In this document: in pieces, positions 28,671 to 43,289 of the stretch | Layout: the number at the start of each line of letters is the position of its first letter | Position numbering within the stretch: position 1 is the stretch's first letter | NCBI GenBank assembly: GCA_951406725.2 | Contig: OX597833.1 | Span: 16,120,001 to 16,184,000 of the forward strand | DNA: 64,000 nucleotides | Direction: 5' to 3' | DNA from: Octopus vulgaris | Taxonomy: Eukaryota | Notes under the pieces: model-generated | Seen by the model: only the letters and a program-made list of their open reading frames with translations | Database searches by the model: none | What the model was told of the DNA's origin: nothing | Program-made: the position numbers and the translations under genes

Positions 28671-28929
28671 AATAATAATAGTAATAATATTAACAATAAT
28701 AGTGTTTTCTTTGTTAACCCCTGAGGATTTACAAAATGTTATGAACGATGCAAAATGATACATTGTTACATCAACGCTTGCAAATAGTAAAATAGCAGAA
28801 ACAATGAAACAAATAGTTCAGACAAAAATTATTTCCACAAATGTGGGAAAACTTGTGAGAGTTGCTTATGGTAACCTCGCAAAACACGGTCTTGTAAACC
28901 ACTGGGATAAGTGCCTTCTACCTATCTTT

Positions 28930-29400
28930 GTCCCTCTATCTGCAGGTGCATACTCAGAACAGACCCGTTCACTCGGACTATCCTTGCCATTCACACCCAC
29001 ATTGCAACAAATTCGCTGGAGGTCAGCGTTTGACTATTCTTTCTTAGTTTTCTGTTCAAGTAAAACTTGAAAAACTTGATGGGGCTAGGCCAGAGTGGAA
29101 AGTGTCTGCTTTCAATACTATCAGTTTGGCCCATCACGCAACCTTTTTGACTTCGGCCACCAGACGGATAATCACTGCCTGTCCTTCTCTTCCAAAAGAA
29201 GACAGCGTAACGATCTTCGCAATGGACCTAGCTAATAGCCGGATATACCCGACACGAAACAGTATGTGTTCCTCATAACTCCACGAGTCAGCAATGCTAA
29301 GACTCTGGGTAAGTACATACAGAAGAGTTTCATCGCTCAGAACAATTTAGTCCAGCATTGCAAATTATAAAAGCAAACATCGTCATAAGCAGACATGGAC
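28930..29400 (-). mobile_element. Old Tx1/L1-clade LINE ORF2 C-terminal relic
   Basis: FGREGQAVIIRLVAEVKKVA*WAKLIVLKADTFHSG..IKFFKFYLNRKLRKE aligns by eye with the element at 54250-54560. Confidence 0.6.
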
Positions 29401-29519
29401 GAAAAAAGCCTACAAACGAATAACAATTAATGAAAAGGTTCGATTGAGAACTGCTCAGCAGCATACAACCACCAGAGAAGTGGTTACGCCAGCGCGCTGA
29501 ACACATAGAAAGGATTGAC

Positions 29520-29660
29520 TGATAATTCGACTATGTGTATCATACGTGATGAAGTTAAAGCGCATAAGGTCCCTGGAAAGGGAAATATTAATAAGAGTTG
29601 GCAACATCCCTGCTGAATTGCTGAAGCATGGAAGCGAGGTTACAGTAGACATCATTAGGA
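29520..29660 (+). mobile_element. LINE (RTE-like) fragment from the RT N-terminal region
   Basis: IIRDEVKA..IRSLE...NIPAELLKHGSEVTVDII. Confidence 0.55.
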
Positions 29661-29699
29661 CCAGTTGTTTGCACTGCTAACACAGTAGAATACGGTGTT

Positions 29700-29965
29700 G
29701 GCTTACTCTTTGACTGTGATCATGCTGGAGCACCGTCTTTGGTCCCGCAAATCGACCCCAGGACTTATTCTTTGTAAGCCTAGTACTTATTCTATCAGTT
29801 TCTTTTGCCGAACCGCAAAGTTACGGGGACGTAAACACACCAGCATCGGTTGTCAAGCGAAGCTGGGGACAAACACAGAAACACAAACATATACACACGC
29901 ATACATACATATATCTATACATATATACGACGGGCTTCTTTCAGTTTCCATCTGCCAAATCCACT
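29700..29965 (-). mobile_element. SINE-A, 5'-truncated
   Basis: Reverse complement of the SINE-A 3' part. Confidence 0.8.
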
Positions 29966-30751
29966 TGTTGGTTAAAAACTAGTTTAGAATTCTTTGGCGT
30001 ATCTGATGGAAAGTTTAGATTCAGATTCGTTCAATAAGTCAAAGTAACTTTGAAAACAGTTTTAAAAACTTGTCTCTCGATTCTTAAGCTAGTATTCCTT
30101 GAAAAAGTGATAAATAGAACTTCTTCTTTCAATTAAAAATCAGACGTGTTTACTGTCCTTTAGTTATTTGTCGATTTAATCCTAAAGATTATGTATAATT
30201 GGAAGATTTACGAAGATTTACGAAGGTTTATAATTGGAAGGTATAAGAAAGATTCGCAGCAAACAAGACACTAGTGCAATTCAGGGAAAACACAAGATAA
30301 CAAACGTCTCTCTCTACACTGGAAATAAATTCTTTCTAAAAGAATGCTTGGTGTATCTATCATTAATTTTGCAGTTTTGAGTTAAGGTTATTTAAAGATG
30401 TTCTATCAGAAGATTCAGCCATAATTCAATTATCCCTCTGAGAGAGAAGACTACGACGAATGTAAGTTGGAGATAAACGTCAGATATCTCGAGGAAATCT
30501 ACTTACAGATTATATTTATGGTGATTGAGGAGCTTTCTTATGATCGTGTCATATATACATATATATATGTGTGTGTGGGAGGTGTATATGTATATATGCA
30601 TATATGCACATATACACACATTCAAAAATATATACACACATATATGTATATGCAAAGATAGGTAGATAGATAGATAGATCGATAGAAAGATAGAAACGAC
30701 GATAGAATACATGATACATGCATTCAGGCAGACAGGCATATATGTGTGTGC

Positions 30752-30808
<57 letters not shown>

Positions 30809-30848
30809 CATAAACACATAGAGACATTCATACATATACACATGTATT

Positions 30849-30904
<56 letters not shown>

Positions 30905-31149
30905 CATATATATATATATATACATATATATATAAATATATATATACATACATATATATATATATGTATGTATGCATGTATGTATGTATGTTTCATATTC
31001 CTAACAAATTTTCCCCAATGTTTTCGCATGGTTTCCTTGCGCTAATACATCTAAATCTATCATAGACATTTTAACTCATTCTAGATTAAGTCATGATCAA
31101 CGTAGTAAATTTTTAAAATGGGGGTCGGGGGATAAATAAGCAATGTCTG

Positions 31150-31990
31150 TGTAAAGTTCTCTGACCTAGGAAATTGTATGTTCAAAACCTGAAACCGCCA
31201 GCACCCCGTTATCATTAGAGAATCCAAGATCAGATAATTGCCGTGAATATAGATCAGAAACCCGGGTTTGTGAGAACATCATCATCGTTTAGCTAGCGCT
31301 ATAGCTAACCCCAAATGACTGTGGTTATCAATCTCTGCACAACCTGTTTTATATCAGAGAAACATGGTAGGTTTGTAGATTTTTTTTAAAGACTGCTTCA
31401 CATGCATCCCAGGAATTTCTTGGTCCTTGTGGTATTATAAGATAGTTGTGGCCCCAAACCTTCACATATTATGGGTGGTGGTGATCATGTTAATTTACCA
31501 AGCGTTACAGTATTGTGTGGCTAATTACCAAAAGGATTAATGGGGTAATTCTTTATTTGGCGGTCCCGTTCACTTGGACCTGCTATAGGAAGTCATCATG
31601 CCAAATATTCAAGGGGACTTTGAAGATGTGGAATTTTATTTCCAGCAAGATACAGCATATCCACGCTGCCATAGTAATGTAAGTGTCTACATTTGAGTTT
31701 TATCAAATATCCCTTGCTTTAGATAAAAGAAAATACAAGAGTATCAGTTAATCATGATTGTATTCAATATATTTCCCGCTCAGATTCACACACTTGTTGC
31801 AGTCGTCATAATCCTTGTAAAAGAACTTGGAAGTTTGAGTTTCCAACAAGGTCTTTCGCGACACCCTTAAACCCAAGGACTTTTCAGCACGCCCTCGTTG
31901 GTGGATTAGACTAAGAAATCCAAAACTCACAACACTAAATTTTTTATATGGGGATGATTAAAAGATATATTTTAAGGTACAAAACCCTAA
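31150..31990 (+). mobile_element. Tc1/mariner transposase relic
   Basis: NLPSVTVLCG...EVIMPNIQGDFEDVEFYFQQDTAYPRCHSNVSVY (FQQDGAPPH-like), and a later LTTLNF..WG*LKDIF..TKP-like segment; many stops. Confidence 0.6.
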
Positions 31991-32576
31991 AACGAGAATG
32001 TGCACAAATAATGAATGAAATATGGAGAAGGAATTAGAGTTATTTCCTCTTAGACCATAAAATACAAGACTGAAAAGTTAGCGGCTTACATTCTGTCGTA
32101 CAGTTATACAATACGAACAGGGGAACACTTTCCAATTCGTCAAAAGGAACTTAGCGATATGCTTACAACCGCTGAAAATTTCGAATCTAGAATTCAGCAG
32201 TGTGTTAGAGTTGTAAGGGGAGATAATTCTAATTCCTCTCTCTTAGCTTCTTTCTGTTTTCTGTTTCGTTTTCCGATTTTCAACCTTCCACCTTTTATAT
32301 CTACTTTCTCGCCTTTTTTTCTCATCCTATCGTTCATTTTTAGTTAGTTATGCCATGTGGCAGTGCTTGACCATTGTGATAGGACACTGTTTGGCATGCC
32401 TCGACACATGAAACTAATAGTAGCACATAAAAACATAGTGTTTACTAAATAATATTTATCACTCACAAGATGGAAATTTATTTTTGCTGATCTTGCCATC
32501 ACGGAACAGTATACTCTGTGTGTGTGTGTGCGTACGTACGGATGTTGGCAGAAGCGGATTACAATATATGAAGAGA

Positions 32577-33159
32577 CGTCATCATCATCATCTTCAACAT
32601 TATCGTCGTCATCATCATCATCATCATCATCACATTTATGGTTATCACTATCACTATTATCATTGCCATCAAGAAATAGAAGACGGCTTATAATGTAATC
32701 TGGTGTATAATCTGGCAGTGACAGAAGGCGAAAAGAAAAACTGGGAAGAAGAAGAAGAAGAAGAAGAAGAAGAACAACAACAACAACAACAACAATAACA
32801 ACAAGAGACGGCGGCGCGCAACAGCAGTGACAGCGGCGGCGACGTCGATGGCGACGACGAAGAAGAAGGAGGAGGAGGAGGAGGAGGGGATAAGGGGGGA
32901 AAGGAGGAGGAGGAGGAGGAGGAGGAGATGAAGGGGGAAAGGAGGAAGAGGATGGGGAGGAGATGAAGGGGGAAAGGAGGAGGAGGAGGAGATGAAGGGG
33001 GAAAAGAAGGAGGAGGAAGAGAAGAAGAAGAAGTAAAAGAAGAAGAAATAAAAGAAGAAGAAATAAAAGAAGAAATAAAAGAAGAAGTAAAAGAAGAAGA
33101 AGAAGTAAAATAAGAAAAAGTAAAAGAAGAAGAAGAAGAAGAAGAAGAAGAAGAAGAAG

Positions 33160-33190
<31 letters not shown>
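32577..33190. repeat. Mixed (CAT)n/(GAA)n/(GGA)n/(CAA)n low-complexity tract
   Basis: Seen directly. Confidence 0.85.
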
Positions 33191-33420
33191 GAAATGCTAA
33201 ATAAGGAAATTGACGGAAAAACGATTATTAAATTGAATCAACAAAATCAATTTCTCAAGTAATTGATACGAGGAAGTCAAACAGTCATTTAGTTTAAAAT
33301 AATGAATCTTAGCATTGGCCCCGGGGTCACAATGTCGAAAAACATCACAACCTTGTGTCGCCAGAAAGTCTGGAAAACAGTCCAGTTAATTAAAGAACCT
33401 CACGATTCTTAAAAGTACAC

Positions 33421-36008
33421 TTTTTAATGGACCCAGGTTAATAAAAGGCAGATTTTAAAATCGGCTAGATTTGAAAGCAGAATTATGTTTGGAGTCGAAG
33501 AAAAACACCTGTGCTATTTTTAATGGACCCAGGTGAATAAAAGGCAGATTTGAAATCGGTTAGATTTGAAAGCAGAATTATGTTTGGAGTCGAAGAAAAA
33601 CACCTGTGCTATTTTTAATGGTCCCAGGTGAATAAAAGGCAGATTTGAAATCGGTTAGATTTGAAAGCAGAATTATGTTTGGAGTCGAAGAAAAACACCT
33701 GTGCTATTTTTAATAGTCCCAGGTGAATAAAAGGCAGATTTGAAATCGGTTAGATTTGAAAGCAGAATTATGTTTGGAGTCGAAGAAAAAACCTGTGCTA
33801 TTTTTAATGGTCCCAGGTGAATAAAAGGCAGATTTGAAATCGGTTAGATTTGAAAGCAGAAATATGTTTGGAGTCGAAGAAAAAAACCTGTGCTATCTTT
33901 AATGGACCCAGGTGAATAAAAGGCAGATTTGAAATCGGTTAGATTTGAAAGCAGAATTATGTTTGGAGTCGAAGGAAAAAACCTGTGCTATTTTTAATGG
34001 ATCCAGGTGAATAAAAGGCAGATTTGAAATCGGTTAGATTTGAAAGCAGAATTATGTTTGGAGTAGAAAAAAAAAACTGTGCTATTTTTAATGGACCCAG
34101 GTGAATAAAAGGCAGATTTGAAATCGGTTAGATTTGAAAGCAGAATTATGTTTGGAGTCGAAGAAAAAAACCTGTGCTATTTTTAATGGACCCAGGTGAA
34201 TAAAAGGCAGATTTGAAATCGGTTAGATTTGAAAGCAGAATTATGTTTGGAGTCGAAGAAAAAACCTGTGCTATTTTTAATGGACCCAGGTGAATAAAAG
34301 GCAGATTTGAAATCGGTTAGATTTGAAAGCAGAATTATGTTTGGAGTCGAAGAAAAAAACCTGTGCTATTTTTAATGGACCCAGGTGAATAAAAGGCAGA
34401 TTTGAAATCGGTTAAATTTGAAAGCAGAATTATGTTTGGAGTGAAGAAAAAACCCTGTGCTATTTTTAATGGACCCAGGTGAATAAAAGGCAGATTTGAA
34501 ATCGGTTAGATTTGAAAGCAGAATTATGTTTGGAGTCGAAGAAGAAAAACTGTGCTATTTTTAATGGACCCAGGTGAATAAAAGGCAGATTTGAAATCGG
34601 TTAGATTTGAAAGCAGAACTATGTTTGGAGTCGAAGAAAAAACCTGTGCTATTTTTAATGGACCCAGGTGAATAAAAGGCAGATTTGAAATCGGTTAGAT
34701 TTGAAAGCAGAATTATGTTTGGAGTCGAAGAAAAAAACCTGTGCTATTTTTAATGGACCCAGGTGAATAAAAGGCAGATTTGAAATCGGTTAGATTTGAA
34801 AGCAGAATTATGTTTGGAGTCGAAGAAAAAAACCTGTGCTATTTTTAATGGACCCAGGTGAATAAAAGGCAGATTTGAAATCGGTTAGATTTGAAAGCAC
34901 CTGTGCTATTTTTAATGGAATTATGTTTGGAGTCGAAGAAAAAACCTGTGCTATTTTTAATGGACCCAGGTGAATAAAAGGCAGATTTGAAATCGGTTAG
35001 ATTTGAAAGCAGAATTATGTTTGGAGTCGAAGAAAAAACCTGTGCTATTTTTAATGGACCCAGGTGAATAAAAGGCAGATTTGAAATCGGTTAGATTTGA
35101 AAGCAGAATTATGTTTGGAGTAGAAGAAAAAAACCCTGTGCTATTTTTAATGGACCCAGGTGAATAAAAGGCAGATTTGAAATCGGTTAGATTTGAAAGC
35201 AGAATTATGTTTGGAGTCGAAGAAAAAAACCTGTGCTATTTTTAATGGACCCAGGTGAATAAAAGGCAGATTTGAAATCGGTTAGATTTGAAAGCAGAAC
35301 TATGTTTGGAGTCGAAGAAAAAAACCTGTGCTATTTTTAATGGACCCAGGTGAATAAAAGGCAGATTTGAAATCGGTTAGATTTGAAAGCAGAATTATGT
35401 TTGGAGTCGAAGAAAAAAACCTGTGCTATTTTTAATGGACCCAGGTGAATAAAAGGCAGATTTGAAATCGGTTAGATTTGAAAGCATAAATATGTTTGGA
35501 GTTGGAGAAAAAAACCTGTGCTATTTTTAATGGACCCAGGTGAATAAAAGGCAGATTTGAAATCGGTTAGATTTGAAAGCAGAATTATGTTTGGAGTCGA
35601 AGAAAAAAACCTGTGCTATTTTTAATGGACCCAGGTGAATAAAAGGCAGATTTGAAATCGGTTAGATTTGAAAGCAGAATTATGTTTGGAGTCGAAGAAA
35701 AAAACCTGTGCTATTTTTAATGGATCCAGGTGAATAAAAGGCAGATTTGAAATCGGTTAGATTTGAAAGCAGAATTATGTTTGGAGTAGAAAAAAAAAAC
35801 CCTGTGCTATTTTTAATGGACCCAGGTGAATAAAAGGCAGATTTGAAATCGGTTAGATTTGAAAGCAGAATTATGTTTGGAGTCGAAGAAAAAAACCTGT
35901 GCTATTTTTAATGGACCCAGGTGAATAAAAGGCAGATTTGAAATCGGTTAGATTTGAAAGCATAAATATGTTTCGAGTCGAAGAAAAAAACCTGTTCTGT
36001 TTTTAATG
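33421..36008. repeat. Satellite array, unit about 95 bp, about 27 copies
   Basis: Unit tttttaatggacccaggtgaataaaaggcagatttgaaatcggttagatttgaaagcagaattatgtttggagtcgaagaaaaaaacctgtgcta; near-identical copies, no spacers. Confidence 0.95.
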
Positions 36009-36039
36009 TGGTTTCTTTTCGGGGCGTCTCATTCGACGT

Positions 36040-36197
36040 TTCGTTCGTTTTCGCCTCTGAGTTGAAATTCCTTCCAGGTTGACTTTGTCTTTCATTATCT
36101 CGGGGTCGATAAAATAAGTACCAGTTGAGTACTGGGGTCCGATATATTCGACTAATCTCCACCCTGGAAATTGCTGGCCACGTACCAAAATCTGAGA
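36040..36197 (+). mobile_element. SINE-B, diverged
   Basis: ctgagttgaaattccttccaggttgactttg...ggggtcgataaaataagtaccag. Confidence 0.65.
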
Positions 36198-36263
<66 letters not shown>

Positions 36264-36310
36264 TGTTTGTGTGTGTTTGTGTGTTTGTGTGTTTGTGTGT
36301 GTGTGTGTGT

Positions 36311-36525
36311 GTGGAGGCGCGTGGCTTAGTGGTTAGGGTGGTGAACTCATGATCGTAAGGTTGTGGTTTCGATTCCTGGACTGGGCGATGCGTTGTGTTC
36401 TTGAGCAAAACACTTCATTTTCACGTTGCTCATAAATGAGTAATCCTGCGACGGACCGGCGTCACATCCAAATGGGGAATTTCTACGCCACTGAAACCGG
36501 GAAACCGGCCCTTATGAGCCTGGTA
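36311..36525 (+). mobile_element. SINE-C-related copy with a short body and beta (Meta-like) tail
   Basis: gtggaggcgcgtggcttagtggttagggtg...ggtttcgattcctgg...cctgcgacggaccggcgtc...gaaaccgggaaaccggcccttatgagcc. Confidence 0.75.
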
Positions 36526-36571
36526 TGTATGTGTGAGTGTGTGTGTGGGTGTGTGTAACTGTGTGTACATA

Positions 36572-37400
36572 TGTGGCTGTGTGGTAAGTGGCTTGCTTAC
36601 CAACCACATGGTTCTGGATTTAGTCCCACTGTGTGGTACCTTGCATAAGTGTCTTTTACTATAGCCTCGGGCCGACCAAAACCTTGTGAGTGTATTTGGT
36701 AGACAGAAACTGGAAGAAGCCCGTCGTATATATATATATATATATAAATATATGTTTGTGTGTCTGTTTGTTCCCCAGCACCACCACTACCAGCGCTTGA
36801 CAACCGATGTTGGTGAGTTTACGTCCCCTTAACTTAACGGTTCGGCAAAAGAGATCGATAGAATAAGAACTATGCTTATACAGAATAAGTCCTGGGGATT
36901 ATACAGAATAAGTCCTGTTCGACTGAAGGCGATTCTCCAGCATGGCCGCAGTCAAATGACTGTAACAAAAGAACATACAAAATATAAAAGAATATATATA
37001 CATAGGCGCAGGAGTGGCTGTGTGGTAAGTAGCTTGCTTACCAGCCACACGGTTCCGGGTTCAGTCCCACTGCGTGGCACCTTGGCCAAGTGTCTTCTAC
37101 TATAGCCTCGGGTCGACCAAAGCCTTGTGAGTGGATTTGGTAGACGGAAACTGAAAGAAGCCTGTCGTATATATGCATAAGCATATGTGTGTATGTGTGG
37201 CTGGGTATTTGTGTGTCTGTGTTTGTCCCCCCAACATCGCTTGACAACCGATGTGTTAACGTCTCCGTCACTTAGCGGTTCGGCAATAAGTACTAGGCTT
37301 ACAAGGAATAAGTCCTGGGGTCGATTAGCTTGACTAAAGGCGGTGCTCTAGCATGGCCGCGGTCAAGTGACTGAAACTAGTAAAAGAGAGTAAAAGAGAC
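36572..37400 (+). mobile_element. Two SINE-A copies in tandem (36572-36970 and 37004-37400)
   Basis: Both match SINE-A. Confidence 0.85.
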
Positions 37401-37416
37401 ATAGAGAGAGTGAGAG

Positions 37417-37549
37417 ATACATACATACATGCATACATACATGCATACATACATACATACAGACATACATACATACATACATCCCTACATACATACATAC
37501 ATACATACATACATACATACATACATACATACATACATACATAAATACA

Positions 37550-37583
<34 letters not shown>

Positions 37584-38081
37584 CATACATACATACATAC
37601 ATACATAATACATACATACATACATACATACATACATACATACATACATACATACATACATACATACATACATACATACATACATACATACATACATACA
37701 TACATTACATACATAAATACATACATACATACATAAATACATACATACATACATAAATACATACATACATACATACATAAGTACATACATACATACATAC
37801 ATGCATGCATACATACATACATACATACGTACATACATACATACATACATACATATATACATACATAAATACATACATACATACATACATACATACATAC
37901 ATACATACATACATACATACATACATACATACATACATACATACATACATACATACATACATACATACATACATACATACATACATACATACATACATAC
38001 ATACATACATACATACATACATACATACATACATAAATACATACATACATACATAAATACATACATACATACATAAATACA

Positions 38082-38115
<34 letters not shown>

Positions 38116-38895
38116 CATACATAAATACATACATACATACATGCATGCATACATACATACATACATATGTACATACATACATACATACATACATACATAC
38201 ATACATACATACATACATACATACATACATGCATACATACATACATACATACATACATACATACTTATATACATACATAAATACACACATACATATATAA
38301 ATACATACATACATACATACATAAATACACACATACACACATACATACATACATACATAAATACACGCATACACACATACATACATACATACATACATAC
38401 ATACATACATACATACATACATACATACATACATACATACATACATACATACATACATACATACATACATACATACATACATACATACATACATAAATAC
38501 ATACATACATACATGCATGCATACATACATACATACATACATATACATACATACATACATTCATACATTCATGCATACATACATACATACATACATACAT
38601 AAATACACACATGCTTACATAAATACATACATACATACATCCCTACATACATACATCCCTACATACATACATACATACATACATACATACATACATACAT
38701 ACATACATACATACATACATACATACATACATACATACATACATACATACATACATACATACATACATACATACATACATACATACATACATACATACAT
38801 ACATACATACATACATACATACATACATACATACATACATACATACATACATACATACATACATACATACATACATACATACATACATACATACA

Positions 38896-38929
<34 letters not shown>

Positions 38930-39175
38930 CATACATAAATACATACATACATACATGCATGCATACATACATACATACATACATACATACATACATACAT
39001 ACATACATACATACATACATACATACATACATACATACATACATACATACATACATACATACATACATACATACATACATACATACATACATACATACAT
39101 ACATACATACATACATACATACATACATACATACATACATACATACATACATACATACATACATACATACATACA

Positions 39176-39209
<34 letters not shown>

Positions 39210-39607
39210 CATACATAAATACATACATACATACATACATACATACATACATACATACATACATACATAAATACATACATACATACATACATACATACAT
39301 ACATACATACATACATACATACATACATACATACATACATACATACATACATACATACATACATACATACATACATACATACATACATACATACATACTT
39401 ATATACATACATAAATACACACATACATATATAAATACATACATACATACATACATACATACATACATACATACATACATACATACATACATACATACAT
39501 ACATACATACATACATACATACATACATACATACATACATACATACATACATACATACATACATACATACATACATACATACATACATACATACATACAT
39601 ACATACA

Positions 39608-39641
<34 letters not shown>

Positions 39642-40436
39642 CATACATAAATACATACATACATACATGCATGCATACATACATACATACATACATACAT
39701 AAATACATACATACACACATACATACATACATACATACATACATACATACATACATACATACATACATACATACATACATACATACATACATACATACAT
39801 ACATACATACATACATACATACATACATACATACATACATAAATACATACATACATACATATAAATACATACATACATACATAAATACATACATACATAC
39901 ACATACATACATACATACATAAATACATACATACATACATACATACATACATACATACATACATACATACATACATACATACATACATACATAAATACAT
40001 ACATACATACATATATACATACATAAATACATACATACATACATACATGCATGCATACATACATACATACATATATACATACATAAATACATACAAACAT
40101 ACATGCATGCATACATACATACATACTTATATACATACATAAATACACACATGCATACATAAATACATACATACATACATACATACATCCCTACATACAT
40201 ACATACATACATACATACATACATACATACATACATACATACATACATACATACATACATACATACATACATACATACATACATACATACATACATACAC
40301 ACATACATACATACATACATACATACATACATACATACGTACATACATACATACATACATGCGTACATACATACATACATACATACATACATACATACAT
40401 ACATACATACATGCATACATACATACATACATATAT
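37417..40436. repeat. About 3-kb (ATAC)n microsatellite
   Basis: Seen directly, with recurring variant units. Confidence 0.97.
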
Positions 40437-40639
40437 ACGCAAGGACACACACTGTCGGATTTCGTAATAGTTTACGCTTAAGTTTAACCATTTTACGCAG
40501 TCGTCAACTGGTTTCCATTAGTTAAAAATACCGTTGCCCAGGGTAACGTCGAACCAGTCAGAACCGGACGGCGGCGGTGTAAACCTCTCGATCACAAGAC
40601 ACCGCAATACATTTTAGATAGATAATGTGTATGGGACCA

Positions 40640-40747
<108 letters not shown>

Positions 40748-40749
40748 AT

Positions 40750-40899
40750 ATGTGGGTGTGTGATAAGTGGCTTGCTTACCAACCATATGGATTTAGTTCC
40801 ACTGCGTGGCACCTTGGGAAAGTGTCTTCTACTATAGCCTCAGGCTGACCAATGCCTTGTGAGTGGATTTGGTAGACGGAAACTGAAAGAAGCCCATCG

Positions 40900-40945
<46 letters not shown>

Positions 40946-41198
40946 TAAATAAAATAAAACATATTCATATATATAAACATATATGTACGTACCTACCTCT
41001 ACATGTACATATACACGCATATATGAGTACAGGACACCAAAAGGACGTCGAACACAATGAGAAACGAAAACATAGACACAAACCAAAGGAAGTGGACATT
41101 TTTTTAAACAACAAAAAAATTTATAAAATAGAGTACAGGACAATTAACACAAAGAAAAAAACCCTTCTTCAGTCGCTATGGTTTAATATATATATATA

Positions 41199-41249
<51 letters not shown>

Positions 41250-41330
41250 TATGTGTTTGTGTGTCTGTTTCTTCCCCAGTACTACCAACACCACCGCTTG
41301 ACAACAGATGTTGTGAAGCGTTTATTCCAA
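40750..41330 (+). mobile_element. SINE-A with an insertion in its (TA)n
   Basis: SINE-A halves flank the insert at 40943-41185. Confidence 0.75.
40943..41185 (-). mobile_element. Unclassified TA-associated repeat, possibly a Penelope-like terminus
   Basis: Reverse complement is homologous to 59690-59902 (ctgaagaaggg...ggtgtcctgtactcatatatgc). Confidence 0.55.
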
Positions 41331-41584
41331 AATTCATATTACATCGATTGTGTAAATATGAAGTCCAAGAATTGTCGAGCATGTTGGTTGGTTGGTTGGT
41401 TGGGGGTTTTTTGGGATTTGTTTGTTCTTTTTTTTGTTGTTGTTGTTTTTGTATTTTGGGGGTTTTTTTGTTGTTGTTTTTTTTTGTTTTTGGTTATGGA
41501 GCTGAAAATAGCTATGGATATAGAAGCTTTAAAGAGAGAGGAATTAATAGAAGAATGAAGCAGAGAGAAGGAGCAGAAGAGAGA

Positions 41585-41803
41585 AGGAAGCAAAGGAAGG
41601 AAGGAAGGAAGGAAGGAAGGAAGGAAGGAAGGAAGGAAGAAAGGAAGGAAGGAATGAAGGAAGGAAGGGATGAAGGAAAGAAAAAAAGAAAGAAAGAAAA
41701 GAAGGAAGGAAGAAAGAAAGAAATGAAGGAAAGAAAGAAATAAAGGAAGGAAAGAACGAAATAAATAAAGGAAGGAAGGAAGGAAGGAAGGAAGGAAAGA
41801 AAG

Positions 41804-41836
<33 letters not shown>

Positions 41837-42212
41837 GAAGGAAGGAAAGAAAGAAAGAAAGAAATGAAGGAAGGAAGGAAAGAAAGAAAGAAAGAAAGGA
41901 ACGAACGAACGAACGAACGAACGGACGGACGAACGAAAGGGAGAGAAAGAAGAAAGAAAGAAAGAAAGAAAGAAGGAAGGAAGGAAGGAAGGAAGGAAGA
42001 AAGAAAGGAACGAACGAACGAACGAAAGAGAGGAAGAAAGGAAGGAAGAAAGAAAGGAACGAACGAACGAACGAACGAAGGGGAGAGAAAGAAGAAAGAA
42101 AGAAAGAATGGAAGGAAGGAAGGAGGGAGGGAGGGGAAAGAAAGAAAGGAAAGAAAGAAAGAAAGAAAGAAAGAAAAAAAAAGAAAAGAAGGAAGGAAGG
42201 AAGGAAGAAGGA

Positions 42213-42251
<39 letters not shown>

Positions 42252-42372
42252 GAAGGAAGGAAGGAAGGAAGGAAGAAAGGAAGGAAGGAAGGAAGGAAGG
42301 AAGAAAGGAAAGAAAGGAAGGAAGAAAGAAAGAAAGAAAGGAAGGAAGGAAGGAAGGAAGGAAAGAAAGGAA

Positions 42373-42406
<34 letters not shown>

Positions 42407-42616
42407 GAGAGGAAGGAAGGAAGGAAGGAATGAAGAAAGGAACGAACGAACGAACGAAAGGGAGAGAAAGAAGAAAGAAAGAAAGAATGGAAGGAAGGAA
42501 GGAAGGAAGGAAGGAAGGAAGGAGGGGGGTGGGAGGGAGGGATGGAAGAAGGGAGGGGAAAGAAAGAAAGAAAGAAAGAAAGGAAGGAAGGAAGGTGAGA
42601 GAGAGAAAGAAAGAAA

Positions 42617-42661
<45 letters not shown>

Positions 42662-42690
42662 GAAGAAAGAAAGAAAGAAAAAAAGGAAGA
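41585..42690. repeat. (GAAA)n/(GGAA)n polypurine tract
   Basis: Seen directly. Confidence 0.95.
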
Positions 42691-42748
42691 AAATTGCTTG
42701 GGTGTTTAATTAATGGGTAAAATATTTACCAAGTAGTGTCGATTCATT

Positions 42749-42920
42749 AGGAATGGCTGTGTGGTTAGGAAGCACGCTTTGCAACCATGCTATTTAGGGT
42801 TCACTCCCAGTGCACAGCACCTTGGACAAGACTCAAGCTGACCAATGCTTTGTTGGTGAACTTGATAAATGTAAGGTGTATGGAAGCCCATTCTGTGTGT
42901 GTGTGTGTGTGTGTGCGTGC

Positions 42921-42975
<55 letters not shown>

Positions 42976-43135
42976 TGTGTGTCTGTGTGTCTGTGTTTGT
43001 GTGTGTGGATGTGTATGTTTATAGGTGTCTTTGTATTGGTGTCTGTTTCTTGTCCCCATCGCTTGACAACTGATGTCTTGTTTACGTCATGGTGACTGAG
43101 TGATTCAGAAAACGTGACGGGTAGAATAAATATCA
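42749..43135 (+). mobile_element. SINE-A, diverged
   Basis: ggaatggctgtgtggttagg...cgcttgacaactgatg. Confidence 0.65.
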
Positions 43136-43289
43136 GATCTAATGCAAAATATTTGGTTTGCTACAGATACCTAAATTCTCAAAAGTGCACAGAGTACCCG
43201 CAATCAAATATAATGAGAAGGAAAGCTATAGCTGACTCTATAGCGAGTCACACAACATCGTGTTAAGGCACTGTATTTACTGCCGGTAA

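Noticed and set aside
33421-36008. CRISPR-like regular array
   Set aside because: Units are contiguous and near-identical with no unique spacers and no cas genes, in a eukaryotic context; it is a satellite.
37334-40491. Long ORFs of 400-610 aa (MYVC/HTYI repeats)
   Set aside because: They are stop-free translations of the (ATAC)n microsatellite.
41261-42720. Lys/Arg/Glu-rich ORFs
   Set aside because: The polypurine tetranucleotide repeat simply lacks stop codons.
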